From Candidatus Nomurabacteria bacterium (lineage in GTDB: Bacteria; Patescibacteriota; Saccharimonadia; Saccharimonadales; VXPC01), in contig JACKGQ010000001.1 in the NCBI GenBank assembly GCA_020631905.1, positions 421,854 to 485,853 on the forward strand: DNA of 64,000 nt. The letters run 5' to 3'. The notes under the pieces are model-generated. The model was not told where the DNA came from and did not search any database. It saw nothing but the letters and a program-made list of their open reading frames with translations. The translations under genes and the position numbers were made by a program. Shown here piece after piece: positions 15,142 through 24,472 of the stretch; position 1 is the stretch's first letter; the number at the start of each line of letters is the position of its first letter.

Positions 15142-18090
15142 TTACTTATGCTTATTTACAGCAAAAGTAACTCCTACCATAGCACCAAATAAACCTAAGA
15201 CAATTAGAAACAGCATCCAATTATGCCCAGCTAATTTGTTGTCGGTGCTTGTGTCGCTATTTTCAGGATTGGCTATTGTTTGGTTGTCGGACTGAGCACC
15301 TAATACCTTGGTGCTTTTATTTCCTGCTGTAGATTTCGCGGAATTAGCAGCTGAAACTCCTGCAGCAAACAGTTGGGTGACTTTATTTGTAAGGGATAGA
15401 GCCGGAGTTATGACCGACACATCGCGCTGTGGTTTTAGATTGCTAGGGTCGGCTGGGTCGTCGTTATTACCACTATTACCATGCAGTTTTTCGGCACCAA
15501 CATTAAGGTCGCAGATATCATCGATGCCGTCTCTATCGGTGTCTTGACCGGAGTTGGGTACAAGTATGCAACTATCTATTGTGTCGACTATCCCATCGCC
15601 GTCAAAGTCTTGCTGGTCGAAACCAAGCAGAAAACTATCGATGTATTGGTGCTTTTTGCCATAGATATCGACTGCATCAATAACTATCTCATGGCTACCA
15701 GGCTCTAGGTTGTCTGGCAGTGAAAAGCCGACTGTTAGCTTTCCGAGCGTATCTACTTGCCCGGAAAATACAAGCTGCGGGGTAGAGTGTACGTATACAT
15801 CGACCACCGAGCCTGGCATTAACCCAGTGATTTCTTTGGAGATCTGGCTAGGAGTACCTGGATCTGGATAAGTTAGCTTTAATGGATCAATACTGTATTC
15901 ATCTGCCAAGGCTTCGACGACGGCGTCGCGAGCATCATTTCCAAAGACAACTGAGTCGGGCAATGGTGTAGGCGATGCAGTTGGTTCGGGCATCGGCTGG
16001 GTTAGATTGCTGGTAGCTAGGAGGATTTGTGACTCATATAATTGGTGGCCTAACTGGTTTGGGTGGTACGAGCTGTTACCAATACACTCGGTCGGACAGA
16101 GTCCAAATAAATCTGTATCGGTCTCGATATCTAGCCCATTCACTGCGATTAGACCAGGGTCCTTATTCGAACACAGCCAGTAGCCGTTAAAAGTATCTTC
16201 GACATTAACATAAAATACCCCAGCTTCGTCGGCGGCGGCTTTAATAATCTGGTTGAGGTACTTGGTGGTATTAAAAATAAATTCTCTCTCTGTCGCGTTA
16301 AATAGCACTCCGATGTGGCAATCGTTGGCAGTCGGGCTGGTGATTGTTGGGTAGCCAAGAATATATATACGACTCTCCGGAGCACTTTGTTTGAGCTTTA
16401 GATAGGCCTTAACTAGTTTTGGTTTAACTTTGGCAATTCGGACAATTGTCTGTGCATGTTCAGCTGTGCCGGGCTCGGCTTGCGGACAAGTACCCGGACT
16501 GCTCGGAAAGATACAAGCTTGAATGAAATCCGAGAAGAATGCATCGTTCCCACCGATACCTAGGGTAATTTGTTCGGGGTTACTATAGCCTTTACGGTTC
16601 AAATTGTCTGGTAATAAACCGGGGTGTAAAAAACTTTCTTGGGTAGATATTCCTGATTGCCATTCCTCCATGAGGCTGGATGCACTAAAGCGGTACTGAT
16701 TATTCGTAGAAGTGAACTCTTCTTGTGTACCATCACTCTGCTTTTCGCCAAGCGGGCTTCCAATAATATTGTGAGTTTTGGCACCACTGCAGGCAACCGA
16801 ATGAAACAAACCATCTGCTGGCGGTTGGCTTGAATTGTCTAGCAGGTATCCAAGTTCCATCGCCAGAAGGTAAGAGTAGCTTTTGCGGGAAATATGGCAC
16901 ATATTACGTTCCGCATAGGTACTAATATCACCCTTCTCATCTGTGCCTGGCTCGTAGTCATAGGCGCCTTCGCCGCTAGAGTAGCTATCTCCCATAGCCA
17001 GATAACCTTCTGCACCGTTCGGTTCGCCCAAAGAATTGGCCCGACTAGCAGGGTAGAACTCTAGCCGAATATTCTGGCCTGTAGCTGGGTTGGTGCGATC
17101 ATGAATAAAACGTAGCCCATCTGGGGTTATCCACGAGCCTAAAGATTTAGTGTAGTTACTAGTATAAGGTACTAAATCTGCAGCGCTATTGTAACTCGGC
17201 ACACAAGTTGCCGGCAGGTTGGCGAAACCGTTACTCGGCCAGTTGCCATCGGAGTACGAAGTACACAATGTTAGGTCGTAAACTACTGGTAGCCCGCTAT
17301 CTACTACAACATATCGACCATATGAGTCGACGTTAATATCGAGAAACGGCATAGTTGTTGACTTGCTAATTGCAAATGGGGTGTAGCTACGCGTTTGTAG
17401 ATCTATCATTGCAAAACCTTGTCCATAAACCATTACCGCTGCGTAGCGTCCGTTAGCCGAAAACCAGATGCCCTGAAAACTCAATACCACGTATTGATTA
17501 TCGGAATACCTATAAGCATCTGTAAAACTAGCTGGGTCGACTGTAAAACCTTTTTGTTCAAGCGCTGACACACCACTGCCGATTGTGCGAGTAGTAAATT
17601 TGCCATTTGTGCCGGCCTTGAAACCAGAATTAAAACTTAGATAACGGGCGTAGGTTATACGTGGATAGGGCTGAAGATAAAGATAACTATCACTATTCGG
17701 GGCAAACCATAAATCACCTTGAGTATTGCGCAGCTCATACATTTTTTCGGGAGTATCGAGGTCTGGCGCCCAGAAACCCGGCCAGTGATAACCAGCGTTG
17801 CTTCGAGTTAAGCAATAGTCGCCAAGTGGTTGGAGAATCTCCTCGGTAGTATTGGTGTATTTGTAGGAGATGAGCGGGCTATTTTGGGTTTCGATTTCTT
17901 TAAGCAAAACCTTATTGGTGTCGAAGTAGGCACATGTCCCCATCTCGCGAGTATCTGGATTAGATGGGAAATCAATCTGTCGATTGATAACTGTGTCATT
18001 CCATTCACTGGCTGCTTGTAAAGTAGAAGGCAGGGAAATATAGGTTATAACAAAGAATAAGACTAAACCAAAAAACCTCGCACCTCGCAT
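15142..18090 (-). CDS. Large surface-anchored SGNH/GDSL hydrolase with thrombospondin-type-3-like Ca-binding repeats (982 aa)
   Basis: Signal peptide (...PSTLQA/AS). GDS block (YLAMGDSYSSGEG), GxND block (GIGGNDAFF), and a C-terminal catalytic region (SSYHPNQLGH). Asp-rich repeats DFDGDGIVDTIDSC...DTDRDGIDDICD. S/N/T-rich stalk, then a C-terminal TM helix ending in NKHK. Confidence 0.82.
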   Translation of the reverse strand: MRGARFFGLVLFFVITYISLPSTLQAASEWNDTVINRQIDFPSNPDTREMGTCAYFDTNKVLLKEIETQNSPLISYKYTNTTEEILQPLGDYCLTRSNAGYHWPGFWAPDLDTPEKMYELRNTQGDLWFAPNSDSYLYLQPYPRITYARYLSFNSGFKAGTNGKFTTRTIGSGVSALEQKGFTVDPASFTDAYRYSDNQYVVLSFQGIWFSANGRYAAVMVYGQGFAMIDLQTRSYTPFAISKSTTMPFLDINVDSYGRYVVVDSGLPVVYDLTLCTSYSDGNWPSNGFANLPATCVPSYNSAADLVPYTSNYTKSLGSWITPDGLRFIHDRTNPATGQNIRLEFYPASRANSLGEPNGAEGYLAMGDSYSSGEGAYDYEPGTDEKGDISTYAERNMCHISRKSYSYLLAMELGYLLDNSSQPPADGLFHSVACSGAKTHNIIGSPLGEKQSDGTQEEFTSTNNQYRFSASSLMEEWQSGISTQESFLHPGLLPDNLNRKGYSNPEQITLGIGGNDAFFSDFIQACIFPSSPGTCPQAEPGTAEHAQTIVRIAKVKPKLVKAYLKLKQSAPESRIYILGYPTITSPTANDCHIGVLFNATEREFIFNTTKYLNQIIKAAADEAGVFYVNVEDTFNGYWLCSNKDPGLIAVNGLDIETDTDLFGLCPTECIGNSSYHPNQLGHQLYESQILLATSNLTQPMPEPTASPTPLPDSVVFGNDARDAVVEALADEYSIDPLKLTYPDPGTPSQISKEITGLMPGSVVDVYVHSTPQLVFSGQVDTLGKLTVGFSLPDNLEPGSHEIVIDAVDIYGKKHQYIDSFLLGFDQQDFDGDGIVDTIDSCILVPNSGQDTDRDGIDDICDLNVGAEKLHGNSGNNDDPADPSNLKPQRDVSVITPALSLTNKVTQLFAAGVSAANSAKSTAGNKSTKVLGAQSDNQTIANPENSDTSTDNKLAGHNWMLFLIVLGLFGAMVGVTFAVNKHK

Positions 18091-18129
18091 TGCACATATA
18101 TTGTAGCAAAGCTTAAGCGCCTATGGCAG

Positions 18130-19875
18130 TTATTCTATGAAACCACCAGATTGATGTTGCCAGAGCTCGTAGTAAAGACCTTTTTCCTCGAGCAATTCGG
18201 CGTGGGTACCGTCCTCGACAATCCTGCCATCGTCCATAACCACAATTCGATCCATATGCTTTAATGTGCTTAGTCGATGTGCGATAACTATACTGGTTCG
18301 ACCCTTCATAACGGTGTTTAAGGCTTTCTGAATGTGGGCTTCACTCTGGCTATCGAGGGCACTGGTAGCCTCATCGAAAAGTAAAACCGGCGCATTTTTG
18401 GCTAAGGCTCGTGCGATAGCTACTCGTTGACGTTGACCTCCAGATAGCTTTATACCTTGGTCGCCGACAACCGTGTCCAGACCTTTGGGTAGGTCTTTTG
18501 CGAACTCGTCTACGTATGCTTGTTTAGTAACCCGCACAAGTTCTTTTTGATCGAGTTTGCTCGAGCCGTAGATGATATTATCTTTAATACTTCGCCTAAA
18601 TAGAGAGGGCTCTTGAGGTACATAAGCGATTACTTTGCGTGTGTTCGCCGAACCTAATTTGTCGATATTTACACCTGACATATAAATGTGCCCGTTGGTA
18701 GGTTCGTAGAGCCTAAGCAAAAGTTTGGTTAGGGTGGTTTTTCCCGATCCGGACTTGCCGACAATACCAACTTTTTGTGAAGCAGGGATTTCTAGATTAA
18801 TCGATTTTAACGATTCGGTGTTTGAGTCTGGATACTGGAAGTCTAGGTTATTGATACTAATAGACACTGGGCCTGCAGGTAACTTTTTACTTGTTTTTGG
18901 TTCTGAGACTTTCTGATATTTCTCTTCAACTTCGTCGAGGCCGGTGGCAAGGCTAGTTTCTTCGCTAAAGTTTCTGATAAAGTGAGAAATATTATTAACA
19001 TTGCGAGTTGTCATAGCTACATAAGACTGGAATAACACATATGTACCAATGGTTATGTCGCCGCGTACAAAAAACCATAAACCAATGATGACGAAAAGTG
19101 CTTCTAGGGCAAAGCCACTAAACTGGACAATCATTTGCTGGCGTACAGCATAAAAGGCCCGAATAAAGCCAACTTGCCATTGTTTTCGACCAACCTCTAG
19201 TAGTCTTTCTAATTCTCGGGTCTGTGATTGTTGCTGTTGTACAAGCTCGGCATTTTGAATTGTGTCGGTCAGCTCTGTACCCCAGTCGTCGAAAGCTTGG
19301 TTAGAAGTTTTATTGATCTCGACTCGCTTGCGCGCAAACCAAATTAAGAGAATGCTTGCTGGTATAAACACACCCAAATAGATAAAAGCGAAAGTTATAC
19401 TCTTTGAGGCAATCACACCAATCGTGATAATTGTGGTAATGATGATGTTAATTAACGACTCGGATTCGATTCGAAAAACATTTATATACGAGGCTTTGCG
19501 GTTGCCTTTTAGCTGTAGGTCGCCTTTACCGTTGTCTACCAAGGCAGCGTAGGGCAAGTTATGAATTTGAAAGACACCTTTAGCACGCCGTTCCAAACCA
19601 AATTTTTTGTTAAGTATCACATCGGAGCGTCTAGAAATTGAGTAGAGAGCAAAAACTAAAGCCGACAAGCCGACCGAAAGACCAGCTAAGAACTTCCACT
19701 TGCCGGACAAACTGCCATTTGCCGCCGAATCGATTATATATGCCGACATAAGTGGGATAGCCTGAGACGAGATAACATTAGCTGGAACAGATAGGTAGAA
19801 ACCTATCGTATGCAGCTTTTCGGCCCACATATCTTTTAACACATCTTTGATAAGGTTTTTTAAGTGATGGTTCAA
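18130..19875 (-). CDS. ABC exporter, fused permease and ATPase (MsbA/type I exporter-like)
   Basis: Six-TM N-terminal domain. Walker A GKSGSGKTT, signature LSGGQRQR, Walker B LLFDEATSALD. Confidence 0.9.
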   Translation of the reverse strand: MNHHLKNLIKDVLKDMWAEKLHTIGFYLSVPANVISSQAIPLMSAYIIDSAANGSLSGKWKFLAGLSVGLSALVFALYSISRRSDVILNKKFGLERRAKGVFQIHNLPYAALVDNGKGDLQLKGNRKASYINVFRIESESLINIIITTIITIGVIASKSITFAFIYLGVFIPASILLIWFARKRVEINKTSNQAFDDWGTELTDTIQNAELVQQQQSQTRELERLLEVGRKQWQVGFIRAFYAVRQQMIVQFSGFALEALFVIIGLWFFVRGDITIGTYVLFQSYVAMTTRNVNNISHFIRNFSEETSLATGLDEVEEKYQKVSEPKTSKKLPAGPVSISINNLDFQYPDSNTESLKSINLEIPASQKVGIVGKSGSGKTTLTKLLLRLYEPTNGHIYMSGVNIDKLGSANTRKVIAYVPQEPSLFRRSIKDNIIYGSSKLDQKELVRVTKQAYVDEFAKDLPKGLDTVVGDQGIKLSGGQRQRVAIARALAKNAPVLLFDEATSALDSQSEAHIQKALNTVMKGRTSIVIAHRLSTLKHMDRIVVMDDGRIVEDGTHAELLEEKGLYYELWQHQSGGFIE

Positions 19876-20003
19876 ACCACGTACTCCTATGTTAAGACTA
19901 TCAAATAGTACAGTTTTATATTAAAAAAACAATTCTTGATTTTTGCAAGCATATCTGCTACACTGTAGTCACAATCATCAAAACAAAAGCTCAAACATTA
20001 AAA

Positions 20004-20687
20004 ATGCATAGGTTTTATATTCCATCAGAAGATCGTGAACTCCGCCAAGAGTTGTGGATCGACGATAAAGAACTGGTCCACCAGTGGCAAAAAGTGCTGC
20101 GCTTTAAGGAAGGTGACGAAGTTGCCTTGTTCGACGAAGAGTGCGAAAAGCTTTACAAAATCGATAGGGCAGAGCCCAACGCCTACCGCTTGCAGCATGT
20201 GACCGATTTAATGCGTAAAATTCCTGCTAAGCACGTTTATTTATTTTGGAGTTTACTTAAAAAAGATAAAAACGACTGGGTAATCCAAAAATGTACCGAA
20301 CTGGGCGTGAGTAATTTTGTGCCAATTATTAGCGAACGGACAGAAAACAACCAATTCGATATCGAACGATCGCGTAAAATCGCGATCGAAGCCACCGAGC
20401 AATGTGGTCGAAGCGATATTCCGACGATTCATGAACCGATGAGTCTTGAGCAAGCAATCGGTACATATATAGATAAGCTGGCACTGTACTACACTCATAT
20501 GGAAGCTGACGATGTAGCTGACTCAACCGAAGATAAGCTTGGAGTATTAGTCGGTCCTGAGGGTGGCTGGTCTGATGCAGAGCTAGAGAATTTTAGACAA
20601 GCTGGCCTAAAAAGTATTCAACTTGGAAACTTTGTCTATCGAGCAGAAACAGCATCTATCGTGGCTACAAGTAAGCTCATCAACTGA
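20004..20687 (+). CDS. rsmE: 16S rRNA (uracil1498-N3)-methyltransferase
   Basis: MHRFYI start, PUA-like N-terminus, and SPOUT C-terminus with GPEGGWS. Confidence 0.85.
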   Translation: MHRFYIPSEDRELRQELWIDDKELVHQWQKVLRFKEGDEVALFDEECEKLYKIDRAEPNAYRLQHVTDLMRKIPAKHVYLFWSLLKKDKNDWVIQKCTELGVSNFVPIISERTENNQFDIERSRKIAIEATEQCGRSDIPTIHEPMSLEQAIGTYIDKLALYYTHMEADDVADSTEDKLGVLVGPEGGWSDAELENFRQAGLKSIQLGNFVYRAETASIVATSKLIN

Positions 20688-20755
20688 TTATTATTTACTA
20701 CCAGACCTAAAAATAAGTCGGCACTTTAGGCTGATGCAAGACAATTTGCTAGACT

Positions 20756-21535
20756 ATGTTTATGAGTTATCAACGATGGGAGAGAGCTGCCTACCAGCCT
20801 GGTCAGACGAGTGCTTACAAGCTGAGCCGAAGTCGGATTGAGCTGTTTACCCAGTGTCGGCGTTGTTTCTGGCTAGATGAAAGGCTCAAGATTAAGCGGC
20901 CATCGAGCCCACCGTTTTTGTTGAACTCGGCGGTCGACGAACTGCTAAAGAACGAATTCGACAGCTACCGGAGTAAAGGCGAGCAGCACCCATGGCAGAT
21001 AGAGTTTAAGGTACCGGCCAAGCCATTTGCTCACAAAGACCTCGATAAATGGCGCCACACTTTTACAGGCGTACAAACTGTTCATAAACCAACCAATTTA
21101 CTGATATTCGGAGCAGTTGATGACGTCTGGATTACAGAAAAAGGCGAGCTGATTGTGGTTGATTACAAAGCCACCGCCAAAGACAAAGAGATCACCGATC
21201 TTGATCCGTTGGGTGGTTGGCACGATAGCTACCGTCGACAAATGGAAGTATACCAATGGCTGCTACGTCAGAATGGCTTTGAGGTCAGTAATACTGGCTA
21301 CTTTGTATACGCAAATGGGATTGCCAAAAACCCTAGTTTCGAAAACAAGCTAGAGTTTCGAACAAACATCTTTCCATATGTCGGTGACGCTACTTGGGTC
21401 GAGCCAACGCTCAAAGAAATTAAAGCTTGTCTCGAAGCCGATATGCCAGTTAACGCCGAAGCCTGTGAGCACTGCAACTATGTAGCATCGCGCCTAAAGC
21501 TGACTTTCGAAGCCTTAAAAACCAAGAAAACTTAG
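20756..21535 (+). CDS. PD-(D/E)XK nuclease family protein with Cas4-like cysteines
   Basis: GAVDDV...VVDYK (D...D/ExK) and RQMEVYQW (QxxxY). N-terminal CRRC and C-terminal C-x12-CEHC cysteines. Confidence 0.72.
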   Translation: MFMSYQRWERAAYQPGQTSAYKLSRSRIELFTQCRRCFWLDERLKIKRPSSPPFLLNSAVDELLKNEFDSYRSKGEQHPWQIEFKVPAKPFAHKDLDKWRHTFTGVQTVHKPTNLLIFGAVDDVWITEKGELIVVDYKATAKDKEITDLDPLGGWHDSYRRQMEVYQWLLRQNGFEVSNTGYFVYANGIAKNPSFENKLEFRTNIFPYVGDATWVEPTLKEIKACLEADMPVNAEACEHCNYVASRLKLTFEALKTKKT

Positions 21536-21587
21536 ATTTAATTTTTGGGTTATTAGCGATATTATTTAGCTCAACAAGGAGGGTTTA

Positions 21588-21926
21588 GTGATACCCGAAA
21601 AACGCCCAGGTGCGCAGCAGCTGAACATACATCAGATTATCGACTGGGTTTTGAGTGATTGTTGCCTAAACACGGCCTCGGCGGGCTTACTGATCGACCT
21701 GGTCAGCGATCGATACGATCCAGACGCCAAAGCCAATCAGTATCCAGAAGGATTCCGGCGTGTAGCTGACTGGTTCCTGGCAGGAGCAATCGCTGCATTA
21801 GGAGAGTCTCCGGAAACGGTCGAATTTGCTCGAGCTGAAAGAGTTAGACAGGTTCTCCGAAAAGTCTCGGTAGAGCTTGGCCCCGACAGCGATCTGGCGC
21901 GGACACTTTATGCAGCAAACGTCTAA
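21588..21926 (+). CDS. Hypothetical protein (112 aa)
   Basis: GTG start with a strong AAGGAGG RBS. No motif recognised. Confidence 0.6.
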   Translation: MIPEKRPGAQQLNIHQIIDWVLSDCCLNTASAGLLIDLVSDRYDPDAKANQYPEGFRRVADWFLAGAIAALGESPETVEFARAERVRQVLRKVSVELGPDSDLARTLYAANV

Positions 21927-22008
21927 ACAACTGGTGTAGGTTCAATTTGTTAGATGGTTGATATCTTATGAGAATGATATAATTTTTGCAGAATAACTAG
22001 GAGTAATT

Positions 22009-22509
22009 ATGAAATCAACCGAGCAAAATCCTCAACCTCAAACAGCCCCGCAGCCAGCCCCAGAGAATCCAACTGCGCCACAACCTGTTCAATATGTTGT
22101 AACCCAAGAATCGCTAGACGGCATAGGTGGTTGGCTACTATTCTTTATGGTTGTTTTTGCTCTAACTGGTTTAGGCTACATCACAACCTTCTTTGCGGTG
22201 TTAGAAGAAGGCGTCGACAACACCAACAACTTGTTAGCCATGGTATTCTCGCCGATTATTGCGATTCCTGCGATTGCCGCTGTGGTACTGATGGCTCTAC
22301 GCAAGAAAATAGGTGTCTACGCGTCTTTCTTAACCCTAGCTGCGAGTGCTATATATGCGGTCTTAAATGTAATCGTTGCCAGTAACGATGCCGATAATCC
22401 GAGCCTGGCTGTAACTGTAAGTTCGGTCATAACCATTCTTGTAGTCTTTGGCTTGTTGGGGCTCTATTTCTTTGCCTCCAAACGAGTTAAGCAGACTCTA
22501 ACCAAGTAA
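22009..22509 (+). CDS. Membrane protein (DUF2569-like), Pro/Gln-rich N-terminus
   Basis: GIGGWLLFF motif at the start of the first of four TM helices. Confidence 0.6.
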   Translation: MKSTEQNPQPQTAPQPAPENPTAPQPVQYVVTQESLDGIGGWLLFFMVVFALTGLGYITTFFAVLEEGVDNTNNLLAMVFSPIIAIPAIAAVVLMALRKKIGVYASFLTLAASAIYAVLNVIVASNDADNPSLAVTVSSVITILVVFGLLGLYFFASKRVKQTLTK

Positions 22510-22572
22510 TACTAACAAAATCTGTAAATGATGAGTTCACTAGGCTTGTCTAATGGGAGTATAATGTAAGTA

Positions 22573-23859
22573 ATGCTAGATATTGATTTTATCCGTAATA
22601 ATACCGAAATTGTAAAAACGGCTGTAGCAAATAAAGGTGCGAGCGTAGATATAGGCGAGTTACTTGAGCTTGATCAGACAAGGCGCGGTTTAATTACCCG
22701 AATCGACGAGCTGCGCGCCGAGCGCAACAAGGTGGCCGACCAGATGAAAGGTGGCAAGCCGGATCAGCAACTTATCGACCAAGGCAAAGAGCTAAAAGAT
22801 CAAACTGCCAAACTCGAAGCCGAACTTGAGCCGTTGTTGCAAAAGTTCGACGAAATGCTGTACGCCGTACCGAATATGCCAAGCGATGACACTCCAGTCG
22901 GCGACAGCGAGGCTCAAAATGTAATTACTAAAACTTGGGGCGACAAACCAAGCTTTGATTTTACGCCAAAAGCCCACTGGGAAATGCCTCAGTTTATCGA
23001 CGAAGAAAGGGCTGTGCGCATAAGTGGTGCACGGTTTGCGTTCTTGAAAAATGGGCTAGTAAAACTCCAGTTCGCTTTATTGCAATTTGGGTTGGATACG
23101 CTGACATCGGAAGATACTATTAGCAAAATTGCTGCCGAGGCTAACCTGAAAGTGTCGGCCAAGCCATTTATCCCAATGCTCGCTCCGATGATGCTGCGGA
23201 CCGACGCCTACAAAGCGACTGGCCGACTCAAGCCAGAAGAGGTTACTTTTAAACTCGCCAATGACGACCTATGGCTAACCGGTAGCAGTGAACACGCACT
23301 GTGTGCCTATCATTTGGGTGAGACTCTCGATGAGGCAGACTTGCCACTCCGCTATGTTGGCTACAACACAGCCTTTAGGCGTGAAGTAGGTAGCGCTGGC
23401 AAAGATACTCGTGGGATTATTCGTCAGCATCATTTCGACAAGCTCGAGATGGAATCGTTTACGACTCCCGAAACATCCCGTGCCGAACACGAACTACTAA
23501 TTGCGATTCAGGAATATATTATGCAAAGCCTAGGTATGCCATACCAGCTGGTGCTTAAGTGTACTTTCGACCAAGGAGGTCCAAACATTCGTGGGTTAGA
23601 TGTTGAAACTTGGATGGCCGGGCAGGGGACATACCGCGAAACCCACACTGCCGATTATATCGGCGACTATCAATCTCGAGGACTCAACACAAAATACAAG
23701 ACTTCTAATGGCGAAAAACTCTTAGTCCATACAAACGATGCGACTGCCACTGCTCAGCGAACTCTAGCTGCAATACTTGAGAATAACCAGACTGCAGACG
23801 GCCGAGTTAAAGTACCCGAAGTCTTGCGTAGCTACATGGGAGGCGTTGAGTATATCTAA
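22573..23859 (+). CDS. serS: Seryl-tRNA synthetase
   Basis: N-terminal coiled-coil arm and class II motifs (FRREVGSAGKDTRGIIRQHHFDKLE; TNDATATAQRTLAAILEN). Confidence 0.92.
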   Translation: MLDIDFIRNNTEIVKTAVANKGASVDIGELLELDQTRRGLITRIDELRAERNKVADQMKGGKPDQQLIDQGKELKDQTAKLEAELEPLLQKFDEMLYAVPNMPSDDTPVGDSEAQNVITKTWGDKPSFDFTPKAHWEMPQFIDEERAVRISGARFAFLKNGLVKLQFALLQFGLDTLTSEDTISKIAAEANLKVSAKPFIPMLAPMMLRTDAYKATGRLKPEEVTFKLANDDLWLTGSSEHALCAYHLGETLDEADLPLRYVGYNTAFRREVGSAGKDTRGIIRQHHFDKLEMESFTTPETSRAEHELLIAIQEYIMQSLGMPYQLVLKCTFDQGGPNIRGLDVETWMAGQGTYRETHTADYIGDYQSRGLNTKYKTSNGEKLLVHTNDATATAQRTLAAILENNQTADGRVKVPEVLRSYMGGVEYI

Positions 23860-23900
23860 ATGGTTATAACGGATGATGTAAATAAAAGGAGGATCATAAA

Positions 23901-24263
23901 ATGATCGAAAAGATGGAAATAACTAGCATCAAGACAGAAGTTAAGCCAGACCTTGAAAAGTACATCAACAAGAAGATAGGTCGGTTAGATAGATTCCTGC
24001 CTAGGCATGCTCGGCGGAGTGCTCATGCCCAGGTAACCTTAAGGGAGTCGGGCCGAGGTAAGGTGCGCAATCTAATGTGCGAGGTTACTCTAAATATTCC
24101 GGACAAGGTTCTGACTGCCAAAGAAACCAGTACGAACATGTTTAGCAGTGTTGATATTGTCGAATCAAAATTAACTACCCAGCTTCGCAAATACAAAGAC
24201 ATGCACACCAGTGGTCGGAGTAAGCGCTTAGCGCGTAAAGTAGTTGGCAGATTTCGTCGCTAA
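23901..24263 (+). CDS. hpf: Ribosome hibernation-promoting factor / RaiA (short form)
   Basis: S30AE-family pattern (L..YI.KK..RL.RF........V.L...........EV.L......L.A.E...NM..SVD....KL..QLRKYK). Confidence 0.8.
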   Translation: MIEKMEITSIKTEVKPDLEKYINKKIGRLDRFLPRHARRSAHAQVTLRESGRGKVRNLMCEVTLNIPDKVLTAKETSTNMFSSVDIVESKLTTQLRKYKDMHTSGRSKRLARKVVGRFRR

Positions 24264-24297
24264 TTATAGATAAGATTTCCTGGAGTTGGTACGTGCT

Positions 24298-24331
24298 AAA
24301 TTTAATTTAAATTAAATTTAAATTAAATTTC
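24298..24331. repeat. A/T-only quasi-palindromic element, copy B
   Basis: AAATTTAATTTAAATTAAATTTAAATTAAATTTC. 24299-24330 matches 1061-1092 at 31 of 32 positions. Confidence 0.9.
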
Positions 24332-24472
24332 AAGTCGGTTGCTAGTTCTTACATTTTTTTACTTATATAATCTCTGCTTATTTTGGAATAACTTATACGT
24401 ATGAATTAATTCAGATTCAATATGCTATTTGCTATAGTTTATCCATGACGGGTTGGGAGAAGGTAGGTAAGA

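Noticed and set aside
15142-15240. Sortase (LPXTG-type) sorting signal at the C-terminus of the SGNH protein
   Set aside because: The tail has the right overall shape, with a hydrophobic helix followed by NKHK. The preceding sequence (DNKLAGHN) is not an LPXTG-like motif, so I treat it as a plain C-terminal TM anchor.
7163-22572. T-box or other riboswitch leaders upstream of proS, lysS and serS
   Set aside because: The spacers upstream of these genes are only about 45-80 bp, too short for T-box leaders, and no T-box consensus (AATTAGGGTGGTACCGCG-like) is present.
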